Part shown: positions 13,177 through 25,577 of the stretch, piece by piece
Position numbering within the stretch: the first letter of the stretch is position 1
Layout: each line of letters begins with the position of its first letter
Assembly: GCA_025201805.1 (NCBI GenBank)
Contig: MU619258.1
Location: forward strand, 209,590 to 273,589
Reading direction: 5' to 3'
Length of the DNA stretch: 64,000 bases
DNA from: Parasitella parasitica NRRL 2501
Taxonomy: Eukaryota; Fungi; Mucoromycota
Made by a program: the position numbers and the translations under genes
Notes under the pieces: generated by a model
Seen by the model: the letters and a program-made list of their open reading frames with translations, nothing else
Told to the model about the DNA's origin: nothing
Databases searched by the model: none

Positions 13177-15798
13177 ATGGCTTCTCCAAACAACTCAAAT
13201 GGAGGTTTATCTCGCTCACTTTCTAGCCATCTGCAGCGACTAAATATTCGTACACCAGAGCCCTCGGCTCCTAGCTCACCTGATATTTCCGAGAAAGACT
13301 TTGGTTGGTCTCTTTCTTCTTTTTCGTGTGTAGTATTTCTTACACTTGTAGTAATTTAGGCCGCAAAATCTCGTCAAGTAACCTTAGTAACAATGGCAGC
13401 AGTCAGAACGGTGGTGAGTCTTCATCGAAATCAGGCTCATTTTTGTCAAGGACAATGTCTTCTAAACGTGATCGATCCAATTCGGTAGGCCGTAGTCGAC
13501 CCTCTTTACCTCCACCCCCTCCTACAAGTTCGTCACCCTTATTAAACAGAGCTCAAAGCGAGCGATCTACAGCAACCACAGGAACAACAACCAAGTTGCA
13601 AATGAAATATTCACCGCCATCTCATAGTGATGATAGCGATAGTAGCACACCTCAATTGTCGTCATTGAAAGACCTGCCCAGCGGTGCTTTTGGTAAAGCC
13701 AGGGACAGATCTACCTTCAAAGGAGTCATAGACAAGTTTGTTGGCAGCTTTAATGGTATGTGCATACAGTCGGTATGTTTACAAAGTGTGTCTTTTTAAC
13801 GCATCCTGTTTATTTAGATTTGATCAATAAAGATAAACAGTCAAATCAAGAGCAAGAAAAGGAAATGGAGATTTCTGGCCCTTACAACGCCAAGCATGTA
13901 ACACATGTTGGGTTTGATGCCAGCACAGGCGAATTTACCGGTTTACCTCAAGAATGGCAAACATTACTGCAACATAGTGGTATTTCTAAAGTCGAGCAAT
14001 ATCAAAACCCGCAGGTAAACATCGTGCTTGCAGCATGGAGATCTCGTTTTTAACAAATTCTGAATTAAGGCTGTATTGGATGCTATTGGTTTCTACCAAG
14101 AAAATCGAGACCATGATGAATCTGTATATCATAAAATGGAAAGAGCCCACGCGTTGAACGAACAGGACACTGCCTTGTCCAAGCTGAATACACCCCCACA
14201 ATACGACGATGATGACTACGAAGAGCGACACAGCGAAGCTTACAATAGAATGCAAGAATTTAAGGTGAGTGGTGTGTCTGTCGATGCGTATTCTATTGGT
14301 GTATTAACACTGATGCACACACCTTTAGAAGCAAAAATCGCAAGAAAGACTGGACGAGCAGCGTAAGACAACACGAAATGTTTTCAACGTGTAACAAGAG
14401 TTTTAACTGTATAATACATTTCTAGTGTATCACCAACATATTCAGCAGCAGCAGCAGCAATATCAACAATATCAGCAGCGTTTGCAGCAGCATCAGCAAC
14501 AGCTCCATCAGGAACGAATGAATTATGAATCCTCGACTTCTCCCAAATTATCTCCTTCATCTCATGCAGCCAGAGATTACGATATCAAGAGAAAACTGAG
14601 CGCAAAACAAAGAGATAGACGTGAAGATCAACAGCCCATACAGCCCATACAGCAGCAGCAGCAGCAGCAGCAGCAACAGCAACAGCAACTACAACAACAG
14701 CAACTACAACAACAACAACTACAACAACAACAACAGCAATATCACCAGCAGCAACAGACACAACATAAACTCAAACCCCAACCTTCGTTAACCGGATCTC
14801 CAGGCACAGTCAAGCAAAGAATCAAAGAACGAAAGCATGCAATGAAGGATGCCGAAGTGATTGCTAAGTTAAGAACAATTTGCACAGAAGCAGACCCTAG
14901 TCTCGTTTACAAGAACATGAGGAAGATTGGCCAAGGCGCTTCAGGTGGTGTTTACACGGCCTATTCTGAAGGCAGTGATTACCCTGTTGCTATTAAGCAA
15001 ATGAATTTGGAACAGCAGCCCAAGAAGGAATTGATCATCAACGAAATTTTGGTCATGAAGGAATCAAGACAAAAGAACATTGTCAATTTTATCGATTCGT
15101 ATTTGTGGAGAGGCGATTTGTGGGTTATTATGGAGTACATGGAAGGCGGAAGTTTGACAGATGTCGTTACCAACAACATGATGATGGAGGGCCAGATTGC
15201 TGCAGTGTGTCATGAGGTGTTGGAGGGTCTGCAGCATTTGCACTCTAAGGGTGTTATTCATCGTGATATCAAGAGTGATAACATCTTGTTGAGTTTGTAC
15301 GGTGACATCAAACTGAGTAAGTTTGTATTGCAATTTTTTTGCACACTAGCATCTCCTTAACACGCCCTTTCTATAGCTGATTTCGGTTTTTGCGCTCAAT
15401 TGAACGAAATGCAAGCAAAACGCACAACAATGGTAGGTACGCCTTACTGGATGGCCCCAGAAGTTGTTACTCGTAAGGAATACGGGCCCAAGGTGGATAT
15501 TTGGTCGTTGGGCATCATGGCTATTGAAATGGTCGAGGGCGAACCACCTTACTTGAATGAAAATCCTCTGAGGGCTCTGTATCTGATCGCAAACAACGGT
15601 ACACCAAAGTTGCAAAATCCCGAAGCACTTTCACCCATCTTCAGAGACTTTTTGGCCAAATGTCTGGAGGTGGAAGTAGACCGTAGACCGTCAGCTTCTG
15701 AAATGCTAAAACATCCATTTTTAAGATGTGCCGATCCCTTGCCATCTCTTGCACCTTTGATCAAAGCTGCTCGTGATGCTGTTAGAAGAGAAGAGTAA
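13177..15798 (+). CDS. STE20: PAK/Ste20 family Ser/Thr kinase with CRIB domain and polyQ linker
   Basis: [21 protein letters not shown]. Kinase motifs [25 protein letters not shown] (after intron) and GTPYWMAPE. Confidence 0.93.
14649..14757 (+). repeat. CAG/CAA trinucleotide tract encoding polyQ in the PAK kinase
   Basis: Run of cag/caa codons with interspersed cta (QQQQL units). Confidence 0.9.
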
Positions 15799-15940
15799 CC
15801 TTTCCCTCTCCCCCCTCTTTTTCTCGCTTTTCCTCTCACTCGCTCACTTATACAACCATCCAGTCGCATTACATTTTTATACTTTATTTTTTTGTATGTT
15901 AATTATTTCTATAGTTTTTTTTCTTTGCCTTTTTTTTTAT

Positions 15941-15942
<2 letters not shown>

Positions 15943-15998
<56 letters not shown>
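15943..15998. repeat. Poly-T homopolymer (56 nt)
   Basis: Directly visible between convergent genes. Confidence 0.95.
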
Positions 15999-15999
<1 letters not shown>

Positions 16000-16056
16000 T
16001 ATTTCTTATTATTACATAAATACGAATTTATTGTAAAGATTTATATACACACCCGT

Positions 16057-17307
16057 CTATCCCCAAATCTGTTTTTTTAAAGGTTTATCCATGATTTTGC
16101 TTGAAAAGGGCTGTTGTTGGGTTGTTTCGGTGCTTTGGATTGTCCCAGACTGAATCGAAAATCGATCTGAATCATGAGGGAACTCAACTTCTGTAACAAA
16201 TGTATTCGAGTCTATTTCGTCATTGTTTAACGCAGCCAGCGGAGTCACTTGATTTTGAGTGTAATATTCTCTTGGTTTATGATGAATGAGTGGAAGTGGG
16301 TCTGTCTTGGATTTAAGCGCTTGCCCAGGAGCCACATGTCGACGGATTTGTTCCCTGTCTATGATATTTTGCGTGGTTTCAAAAGGCTGGGATGATGGTA
16401 TAGGTGCTACAATAGAGCGCTTGGCGTTATAATCTGAATTTGGCGCCGATGTGGTTGTAGCAGAAGTAGTTGTGCTTTGAAGATCTTCGTTTATCAGACG
16501 TGGATCAATTACTTCCATGGAAGGCGACGCTATGGTGTTGCTGTTTAGAACCATTGAAGACACATCTGCATTTGCGTAAGTAGGCATACTCTCGTCAGCA
16601 TGAACGTCGCATGATTGGTAATAGTAGCTTTGCTCTTGCTCTTGCTCTTGCTCTTGTTTCTGTTGATTAGTAGTCTGTTCTTGATGCAGCGTCCACTGTC
16701 TTTGTTTGCGCTTAGCCTCTTCAAATATGGAAAACCAATTGCTTGGAACGCCTACTCGTAAGTAGCGAGACCACAAATGAATAGGTGGATTGCCACACTC
16801 ATCAAATGCATTATAAATATCAAAATCGCCAGGTAACTGCCTTTGAATTTTCTATGCGTGTTAGTTACCTGCACTACCAGCATAGCATTGAAATCTTACC
16901 TTGCATCAGACCACCGCAACGGCTCTACTTCAGACCCTATTCACGAATACAACAGTAATGTTAGCATCATTGTATTTCATTTATAATACGACACACTTTA
17001 CGTAAAATAGAAAAGCAGCACATATCGTCATTCCAACCTTATTTAAACTTGTCAGTACGTAAACCTCTGCTTGATTGAATATAGTTATTAGCATACCTTC
17101 AAACAGGGCAAGACTCACTTGTTTAATCTTAATAATGTACAGAGCGCCCTGTTGTAAATTATCATGATGAATACTGACGAAAGGCGCATCATTACTTAAT
17201 GGCGGTAGAGTTTGAGCTTTAGATAGAGATGTCTGAGACGGCGATGAAGAAGGTGCCCAGCGAGCCAACTTTTTCAATGTTATATTACGCTGTTTGTTGT
17301 CAACCAT
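16057..17307 (-). CDS. Hypothetical protein (multi-exon; low-complexity C-terminus with QEQEQE repeat)
   Basis: ORFs 16981-17307 and 16057-16776 with GT/AG signals between them. No family recognised. Confidence 0.55.
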
Positions 17308-18539
17308 ACTTGTTTACAAAAAAAAAATCGACTAAAATGCAAAGAAAAGATAAACAGTAAAATAGTTTTGGGCCACTGTGCTTATTTTATAGTGCTTTGG
17401 AATTGTCCAACATTGGTGTTACGCATGTTTTATTACCGTGCGTTCATTGTAAAGTACTACATCCTGGGCGGTTTTAATATTATTAGACAGCATGATGATC
17501 TGATGATGATCTTTATACGTTGTCAAAAAGAAAATGTCTATGGCTGCCTCATTGTATTTTTATATTTAATGCAATCTAACCCATGAGTTATTGCGGCCAA
17601 GATGGCAGGTTACTAAGCTTTCTTTTCACAAATATGTGTGGGCGCCTTTGTTGCTGCATGGTCTCCTTGAACTCGTTATTAATTGTACAAATATATCGTA
17701 AATTTACTAATATGCTCAAAATGCTCGATTTTTTTCCTTACAAGATCGAGTTTCATCGTTTCATGTTTGCTGTAATTCCCGACTTGACACAATCATTCAC
17801 TAAATAGAGAACAGAAGCTTGATTTTGAGCCAAGAAAAAGTCATGAAGGACCATTTGATGTACTATGTATATAGCTGATCTTGTTACATGCACAAATATC
17901 GTAATTTGTTTTGGCGAGCATGTGCACAAAGCCCAACCGTATCACAAGATTCGAAGACTTTACTGAGGGGGGTATCGTTAATTATAGTTATGGGCAGATG
18001 TAGTTTGCAAAGGACAACCTTTCACCCTTTATATTTTAGCGTCTAGCGAGAATGATACAAGTAGTAATACTGACTTTGCGATGTGGTTTAGCATTTTTTC
18101 ATGACACATAATTTACATAATTTCAAACAGTAGATTTGAGGGTTGATTGGATTCAATTGTGCAAGTTTAAGATTTATAGCGGGGGTAATAAACTCTATGT
18201 TTTTAGCATAAAGTGCGGTAAAATGAAATGGGAAAAGCAAGAAAAACTGTATACATCCTTCTTTATCTTCAAAAATAGGATGAGGTGCGAAATAGATTTC
18301 TATTTCTATCCTATTTGTATCATTTTACGAACCAAATATCTGACAATTGGTCCGCTAGCTGTCAAGTTGCCCGTTAAGTGTCAGTTGGTTCGTGCATCAT
18401 TAGTTTTGCGATCCGCCCTTGGTTTAATAGGATTACTTCTACTTTTTTTTTTTTTTGATGAGCAAACTCTGCTATCCTTGGTTTCAAAACTGCCTCGATT
18501 CCTACTATCTTTTAATATAGACAGTTACATAATAGATGA

Positions 18540-19560
18540 TATTTGGTTTGTACGCTATCAAGTTTGGTTAAAATATTTAATGTATGTTTGTAGATCAAGA
18601 TAATGAAGGGTAAGAAAACTTAAAAGCTCAAAGATACGAACAGGGCTACTAAATGTAGAAATTCTTCCAAGTTTGCAGATTTCAGGTATTGGTTGCACAT
18701 TGCAAGTAATAGTTGCTATATCACTCGTTAACATAAACCGCATAGACACACCTTTCATGTCACTGTTCAAATAAAGAGGGGTTTAAGTCGTATATTGCTT
18801 CTTTTTTAACTTTTTGTTTTGCACCTTTGATCTTGCTGCAGCGCTGCTGTGAAAAAATGTAACACTTTAAACGTGAGGTATTTTATACGGTATTGAATAC
18901 ATCAGTCATGAAGTGCTTTTCCTGAAGGAGGATTTACCATTTACAGCATAAGCAATATATGCTTGTACATGCTAGTCTTTTATTGAGTCTCATCGGCCTT
19001 TTCTTTTGCCTTTAATATGTCTTTTGCTAATCTTCATTACGTGTTTGCATAAATATCAACCCAATGTCTCTCTTCCTCTTTGTCTAACAAACTGAAAATT
19101 TCTTAAAGTATAGGATATTGATTGCAAATACAACAATGTAGCCGTTCTATTTTCTTTGAAATATGTAGGTGTAGTAATGATATTTTTTCAACTCCTTCAA
19201 AGCTTCATTATACTTCTTTTCATTCCAAAGTTTAAAATAAAATAATAAAAATTTTAAATAGCTTTATCAAACTAATCTAATATTTACTTCCATAACACGA
19301 GCTACAGGATCCTTACTACCACTAGCTAAAATAGACTATATTCTCTGCATCACTTCAGGCTCTTGTTTGTGACTAATGGCATAAGGCACAAGTTGTCATG
19401 TTTTGAGGTATGGGATGATTGTAAGTCATGTCAAACTTGGACACTTTACTTTTTGGGTACGTTTCTTTATCTTTTTCCTTTTGACATCACTTTTTTCGGT
19501 AGTGTTAACATCTGCTGCCGCTTTAACTACTTCCAAAGATACAGGTTTTGAGGTCAAAAC
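18540..19560 (-). pseudogene. Decayed coding-like sequence of unknown family, divergent from the nuclease-like gene
   Basis: Protein-like segments (KPVSLEVVKAAADV..., GSKDPVARVME, FKLWNEKKYNEALKELK, LDKEEERHWVDIY) broken by stops and frameshifts. Confidence 0.3.
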
Positions 19561-19743
19561 AACGAAATAAACAAAAGTAGATGTGTGCAAAATAAAAAAA
19601 AATTATTGACTGTTGCTAAATATAAAATCAAGAAATTGTAATCTCTCTTAGCTTTAAAGCAATAGAAGCTTCTACTAACAGGAGTAACCACGTGAAGGTA
19701 GAGAATACTTTTACTCCCAAAAATAAGAATGGGTAAAGCTAAT

Positions 19744-19867
19744 TGTATTACGATACATCCCAAACGACAAGCGCCTGGTAGTTTTTACACGATTAACAAT
19801 CAGCAGTCAAGTGTATTACGATACATCCCAAACGACAAGCGCCTGGTAGCTTTTACACGATTAACAA
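19744..19867. repeat. Tandem direct repeat, 2 x 56 bp (1 mismatch), 12-bp spacer
   Basis: TGTATTACGATACATCCCAAACGACAAGCGCCTGGTAG(T/C)TTTTACACGATTAACAA at 19744-19799 and 19812-19867. Confidence 0.95.
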
Positions 19868-20168
19868 AATGACTAAGAAAAAAATAGCAAAAACCAATTG
19901 TATTGAAAAAGATACATGCTACACATCGGTTGTTCAGGAAATATCTTTTTTTATATGGAAATATGAAATGTTTTTACGTCATCATTTCATTCTTAATTTG
20001 GATAAAACTAAGCGCGCTCCACATATCCACTCCAATTTTTAATTCGTGACGTAACGAAATTGTGTTCCAAGCGGATTATTGGTTATTGTTATATGTTCAC
20101 ACAATACAGTCCTATTGGAAGCAATATACGCGTTGACTAAATAATTATTTATTGCCATCGAATCAACA

Positions 20169-22007
20169 ATGTCAAACTCGGAACAGCCAACCTCAAGTAA
20201 AGCCTTTTGGGAATCAAGCGATGATAGTAAGTGTTTACTGCCAAAGAAAACGAATCTAATATCCTTAGCAACGACCTATTAACAACCTTATCACAGAAAT
20301 AGAAGCCGCCATCAATTCGTTAAGCGCAGCTGGTTTGTCAATTAACATTTCAAAAGTTTCCGATCAATTGACAGATACCATTGTGTCTTCATATGATGAT
20401 AAAACTTCATTATTTATTTATAAATCAAGCTGGTGCACAAGGATTGCCCAAGTGCTTTCTAAATCAAATATCAGCTATGTAGGTATAGTTTGTAAATCAA
20501 AATTCTTCAAGTTATTGATTTATTTCAAGAAAAAAACGAAACCAAATTGGGAAAATATCTCTATGCTAATAAATGACAAGCGACTGGGTATTGTTCATCC
20601 CAACATTCAACCTTTTACTGCGCTTCCTATTACAAATGATGAAACCGTTAGCGTTTCTCAAAATTCATCATCATCAAATACATCCTCTTCTGCCTCGTCT
20701 GCTCCAAAACAACCAAGGTTATCTCTTCTAGACAAGGATTATATTAAAGAATTGTATGAAGGCCTAAATGAAACTTCTATGTGGAAATTGTCTTCTGGTG
20801 TGGTCGTAGAGAAAAAGATGAAAGAGTTTGCACTTGCTTGTAATTTCGAGCAGTAAGTATCGAATAAGGTTTTTTTTTTTATCGCGACGTACTCATAAAC
20901 TTAATTTTTAGTCCAGTGCACTCTTTCATTCTCGATTTAAGCGACGAAAGTTGGAAGAAATATTTCAGTGATCAAGATATTGCTGAAATGATAAATTACA
21001 ATGAGAAGAAGCTTCCAGCATTGCCAGCAGAATTAAATACTTTTATATCTGAAGCTCGCAAGCTTCCCGATGCTGACTCAATTAAGCAGTATTTGAAACA
21101 AGAATTTGATTCCACTGCCTGTGAATGGGCCAAAGATACAGTGCTTAATTATATCAAACTTTTTAAATATCAACAATTGCCGCTCAACCATCAAACTGAA
21201 GGCGATATCCTTTGCAGAATTTGGTTTTTTCTCGACACCGTCTTAAATGATTCTAAAATAAATTGTATCGGGTAAAGTACAACTTTCTGTTTATTTCCAA
21301 AATTCTAATTACTGATAGAGTTGGTTGTGTTTCCAATAATTTAGAGGTGAGAAATCAAGCAAATCTTCTTGTGTTAGCAGAAATCTTGGTAGAACATTAG
21401 CAGCTGAAGAAAGAATGGAGAGAAAGGTTGCGGAACGAAAAGTCGATCTGCTCTTTACTCGCCAAAGATTGGAGTATGGCTGCTGTGAGTGTGGTCGCTT
21501 TGACGATGATACAAAGCAGCTCTACGACGGTTCATTTAAAATGGCGAAAGTCTTGAAAGATATGATGTATAGTTTATACAGAGCGGCACCTAATTCAATT
21601 CGTCAATTCACTCTTGTTGGCTATCTATTGTATGGTAAGTAAATACTTGCAATTGCGGCATCGTCCCTTACCCTTTATAAATGATGAATTTTCTTCATTT
21701 AGAAACCAAATTTACCATGGTTCTCTGTGATTCACCAGCAGGTTACGTAACAAGAATTACCCCTTTGAGTTCAATTGGTTTGCCTGAGGAAGTTGATGAC
21801 ATATCTAATCAGCTCCTCACAATATTAAAGGTTGTCTACCAAGCAAGATTAATTATGGAAGAGAGCAATAAGCTTGTGAGAAAAGAGATTGCCGACATAA
21901 AAAAAGTAGAACCAGTGAAAGACCTGCTGTTGTTACCTTGTTTCAGTGTCGAATCAAGTAAAAGAAAGAGAAGAAGAAGCGGTGGGGAAGAAGGCACTGA
22001 AGCTTAA
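20169..22007 (+). CDS. Uncharacterised Mucoromycota multi-copy protein with C-terminal PD-(D/E)xK restriction-endonuclease-like domain
   Basis: Spliced ORFs carry WKLSSGVVVEKKM..HSFILDLSD..W, TEGDILCRIW, GEKSSKSS..RN..R, RKVDLLF..LEYGCCECG and KMAKVLKDM. First-exon structure is uncertain. Confidence 0.6.
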
Positions 22008-22451
22008 GCTGAAGGAAGAAAAAGCAAAAATCATGTAAATAACGAAAAATATAAAAGATAATTTTCATACCGCTTATCGAGTTTCCCTAAAAATACCCTT
22101 AATAATATATGAATAAAGCGATGGTATACTTGTTTAAATTTAATTTAAGCTCTACTCGTTTCAAATTGTGAAATGAGAAATAACTCTGCTAATCTTTATA
22201 CATGTTGTTTAGTAGCAGCTAAACCAGATAGACCTACTCGGTTTGCAATATCAAGACTGGAAGTCTGTCTCGACAATGTATCAACAAAGTAACAAAAGAA
22301 CAAGAAATGACTATGGCAAATCAAACTTTTATCAAGTAGAAATTACCCCAATCAGCCCATTTGGGCCGATTCGCTAAAAATTACTCATTTATGGATATTT
22401 CTTTTAATAAAACGTAAATTTAAAAAAATGAGCTCTGAACCATTTTGCATA

Positions 22452-23149
22452 CAGTACAGTTTGATTTTTTTTTTTTTTTTTTTTTTTTTNNNNNNNNNNT
22501 GAAAAAAGTCAAAAACTGACTCAGTGATCATCATCTTCACAACACCATCAGCTGGAGGAGACTTTCACACTGTTAATAGTGCTATCTCGGCTATTGGTGT
22601 TGTTAACTTTAGCATAAGAGAGTCTATAAATAATACAAGGAAAAGAGTAGTAGGAGCTACGAAGAGAAAGGCGCCTCAGGATAGGCTATCAATTTCTAAA
22701 GATACCAAAAGTGGTCATTATCTTCATTTTATAAACGACAGTATGGATATTATGGATGAGTTTCCTGAGATGAGAGGTTATTTTATTGTCATGGATAATG
22801 TTCCCATCCACATATCCAAAGTAATTAATCCTACAATCATTAACAGAGGCTATACCCCAGTGTTCCTCCCTCCCTACTCACCTGAACTTGATCCAATCGA
22901 ACAATTCAAGACTATATAAAGGAAAAATAAAGCGTAGTAAACTTAGTGATGTAGAGTCGCTTATTACGCGCAAAATTGAAGCAAGCGAAGCTGTATCTGT
23001 TGAAAATTTCAGAGACTTTAGCCAACATTCAGGAAATCAATCTGATAGCTGTCTTAATAAGGTCGCTATATAATGTCAATAAAATTATGATAAATAATTC
23101 TCAACGAAAAAAGACCAAGTGAAGCTCAAAAAATTGAGCAATTGCACTG
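22452..23149 (+). mobile_element. Tc1/IS630-family DNA transposon relic (frameshifted, truncated DDE transposase at 22524-23073)
   Basis: IVMDNVPIH and FLPPYSPELDPIEQF motifs, with a frameshift near 22915. The right end ...TTGCACTG is followed by TA (23150-23151). A degenerate left end TA-CAGTACAGTTTG starts at 22450-22452. Confidence 0.8.
22490..22499. other. Assembly gap (10 N) after poly-T
   Basis: N run in sequence. Confidence 0.99.
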
Positions 23150-23454
23150 TATAATTAGAATACATATATTCCCACCAATGATTATGTACTGAGGTCTGTG
23201 GAGTTTGCGGTTCTTTGTGAATTTCATATGTTGGCATAATCCGAGCCATATTAGCCAAGAAGCGAGTCGAACCAAAGTTAGTAGCTGCTGGTTCTGTAGC
23301 CCTATGTTTATGTAATTTAAGCAAGCAATACTATAGGCTCATAAACAGGTAAAACGGTCTTTGTTTTTGTTTTGTTTTTAGTTTGCTTTTTCTCTTTTTT
23401 ATCCCTAAAAATCTTATTGCTTTTCATTTATAGATTGGAATAGAAATCGAGAAA

Positions 23455-25557
23455 ATGGATAATAATCATATAGAGTCTCTACCTAAAGCAACAGCGGGCA
23501 AAAAGAGCAGCAAAAAGAATTTTAATCAAAGCGATCCCAATGGCAATTCAACTGTACCTGACTTTATACAGAAATTATTTCGGTAAAAATACAACCATAA
23601 GTCAGATGATGAAACTTGTGAATGTAACAAAAAAATTTTTGTACTAGTATGCTGGAAAACAAAGCATTTAAAGATGTATTCTGCTGGGATCCCTCAGGCA
23701 CCAGTTTCCTAGTCAAAGATACAAATGAATTTTCCAAATCAATCCTCCCAAAGCACTTCAAACATTGTAACTTTGCGAGTTTTGTCCGTCAATTGAATAA
23801 ATACGATTTCCACAAGATAAGAAGCAATGCAGACGAAGCTCAAAAATTACACGGAGATCAGGTAAAAGAAGGGCATTGTCAATAGCGTTGAAGCTAAAGC
23901 AATTTTTAGACTTGGGAGTTTGAGCATTCACATTTTAGAAGAGACCGAAAAGATTTGTTGGAAGAAATCAAGAGAAAAACGCCCGGAAAAAAGAAGAAAT
24001 CAGATAAACAACAACAGCAACAGCAAGACCAATTATTATCTCAAACGCCTTCTCCCACCCTTTTGCATAATTTGCACGATAAGTCATCCGAGCCATCCTC
24101 TATGACTGAAGTAGCAGCATTCCAACAGTTGACTAATTTGACAAAGAGCCTTCAATCTCAGGTTGATCTTCTCAAACAATCTCAGGCAGAACTGGAGTTG
24201 ACTTTGGAGAGTATGAATGAGAAAGAAAAGGTAATAATGGCCGAACTTTCGGGATTGCAGCAAAATCTTAGAGTCAAGGACGAGCTGCTGAAAGATTGTC
24301 TTAAATTGCAACAGCAAAGCTCAAATCAAGCAGGCAAGTTGGAAATTTGCAGAAAATCAATCTTTTGCTAATTATAGAAGCAGATATCAAATTGGAAGAA
24401 ACCGAATTGCCAATTATTTCCCCTTGCAACACCGTGTCGACAACTGGTGCAAACACAAATGGTTGGGCTGAGCAACCGCTGGAAAGTTTACTGACTGATA
24501 TATTCTTACCAACACCATCCCAAAGCTCAATCAACACGGCAAGCGTAGTTGCTGCTGCACAACTAAACGGATCCAGTCTTATTGGTTCTTCCATCAAAAC
24601 TTCGGATGGTCTAACCTTTTTAGCGCTTGGTAGACTTTCAAATAGTAAATTAGACCAACAAGAACAACAACAACATCAGCAACAACATCATAGGCAGCAT
24701 TTACGTCAAAATCAACATCAGCAACAGTATCTCCCCCAACAGCATCAGCAACAGCAACATCATGTGGCCAATGAAACATCCACCAATTTAGACAAGGGCA
24801 AAAATAAAATGCTAGCGAGTTGGACAACACCACCACGTGTATTATTAGTAGATGATGACTCTGTTTATCGAGATATGAGCGGTCGAATGCTGAATACGGT
24901 TGGCTGTTCGATCGATCTCGCAAAGGATGGAGTGGAAGCACTGCAAAAGATGAGTGTTGAAAAGTATGATCTAATTTTAATGGTATGTTCAATTCAGCTT
25001 GCTCAAAACCATGACACTGACTTTTTCTGTCTGCTTAGGATATTGTCATGCCAAAGATGGATGGTATCGTAACAACCCGAAATATAAGGCGTTATGATTC
25101 ATTAACGCCAATTGTATCTATGACATCTAATTTCACACATAACGATATAATGGAGTATATTGGCATTGGTATGAATGATATTTTGCCAAAACCCTTTTCA
25201 AAGAATACTTTATATGATATCCTCGAAAAGCATTGTTCGCATTTGAAAATTATTCAGCAGACAGAGCAGCTAATGATCCCCAGACCGATCGATGAAAACC
25301 TGTATACCCCCACTAGTGCAACATCTACCACAACATCTACCACTACAACTCCAACCACTCCGATTACAACATCCCCCACCCAACAGCATACCAACAATAT
25401 AAACAATACCAATAACTCTGATTATTGGCAGCCATTGGACAACAATGCAAATAGAAAACTCATATGGTCTTCACCTCCACCGCCTTCTTCGTCGTCAACT
25501 TCTTCAGCGAACAGTTTAAATCCGCATAACAAGAGACAAAAGTTGCACGACATTTAA
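23455..25557 (+). CDS. SKN7: Skn7/Prr1-type HSF-domain response regulator
   Basis: HSF DNA-binding domain ([35 protein letters not shown]), coiled coil and receiver domain ([26 protein letters not shown]). Confidence 0.9.
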
Positions 25558-25577
25558 ATAAAATTTATTACAAAATC

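Noticed and set aside
15773-16080. Poly-Phe ORFs in the ORF track (also 33935-34315)
   Set aside because: Produced by poly-T homopolymers in UTR or intergenic DNA.
19744-19867. Repeat-spacer-repeat as a CRISPR array
   Set aside because: Only two 56-bp copies with a 12-bp spacer, eukaryotic context, no cas genes.
22351-22377. Hairpin ATCAGCCCA-TT-TGGGCCGAT followed by CTAA as a Helitron 3' end
   Set aside because: CTRR is only 3 nt from the hairpin and is not followed by T; there is no Rep/helicase sequence.
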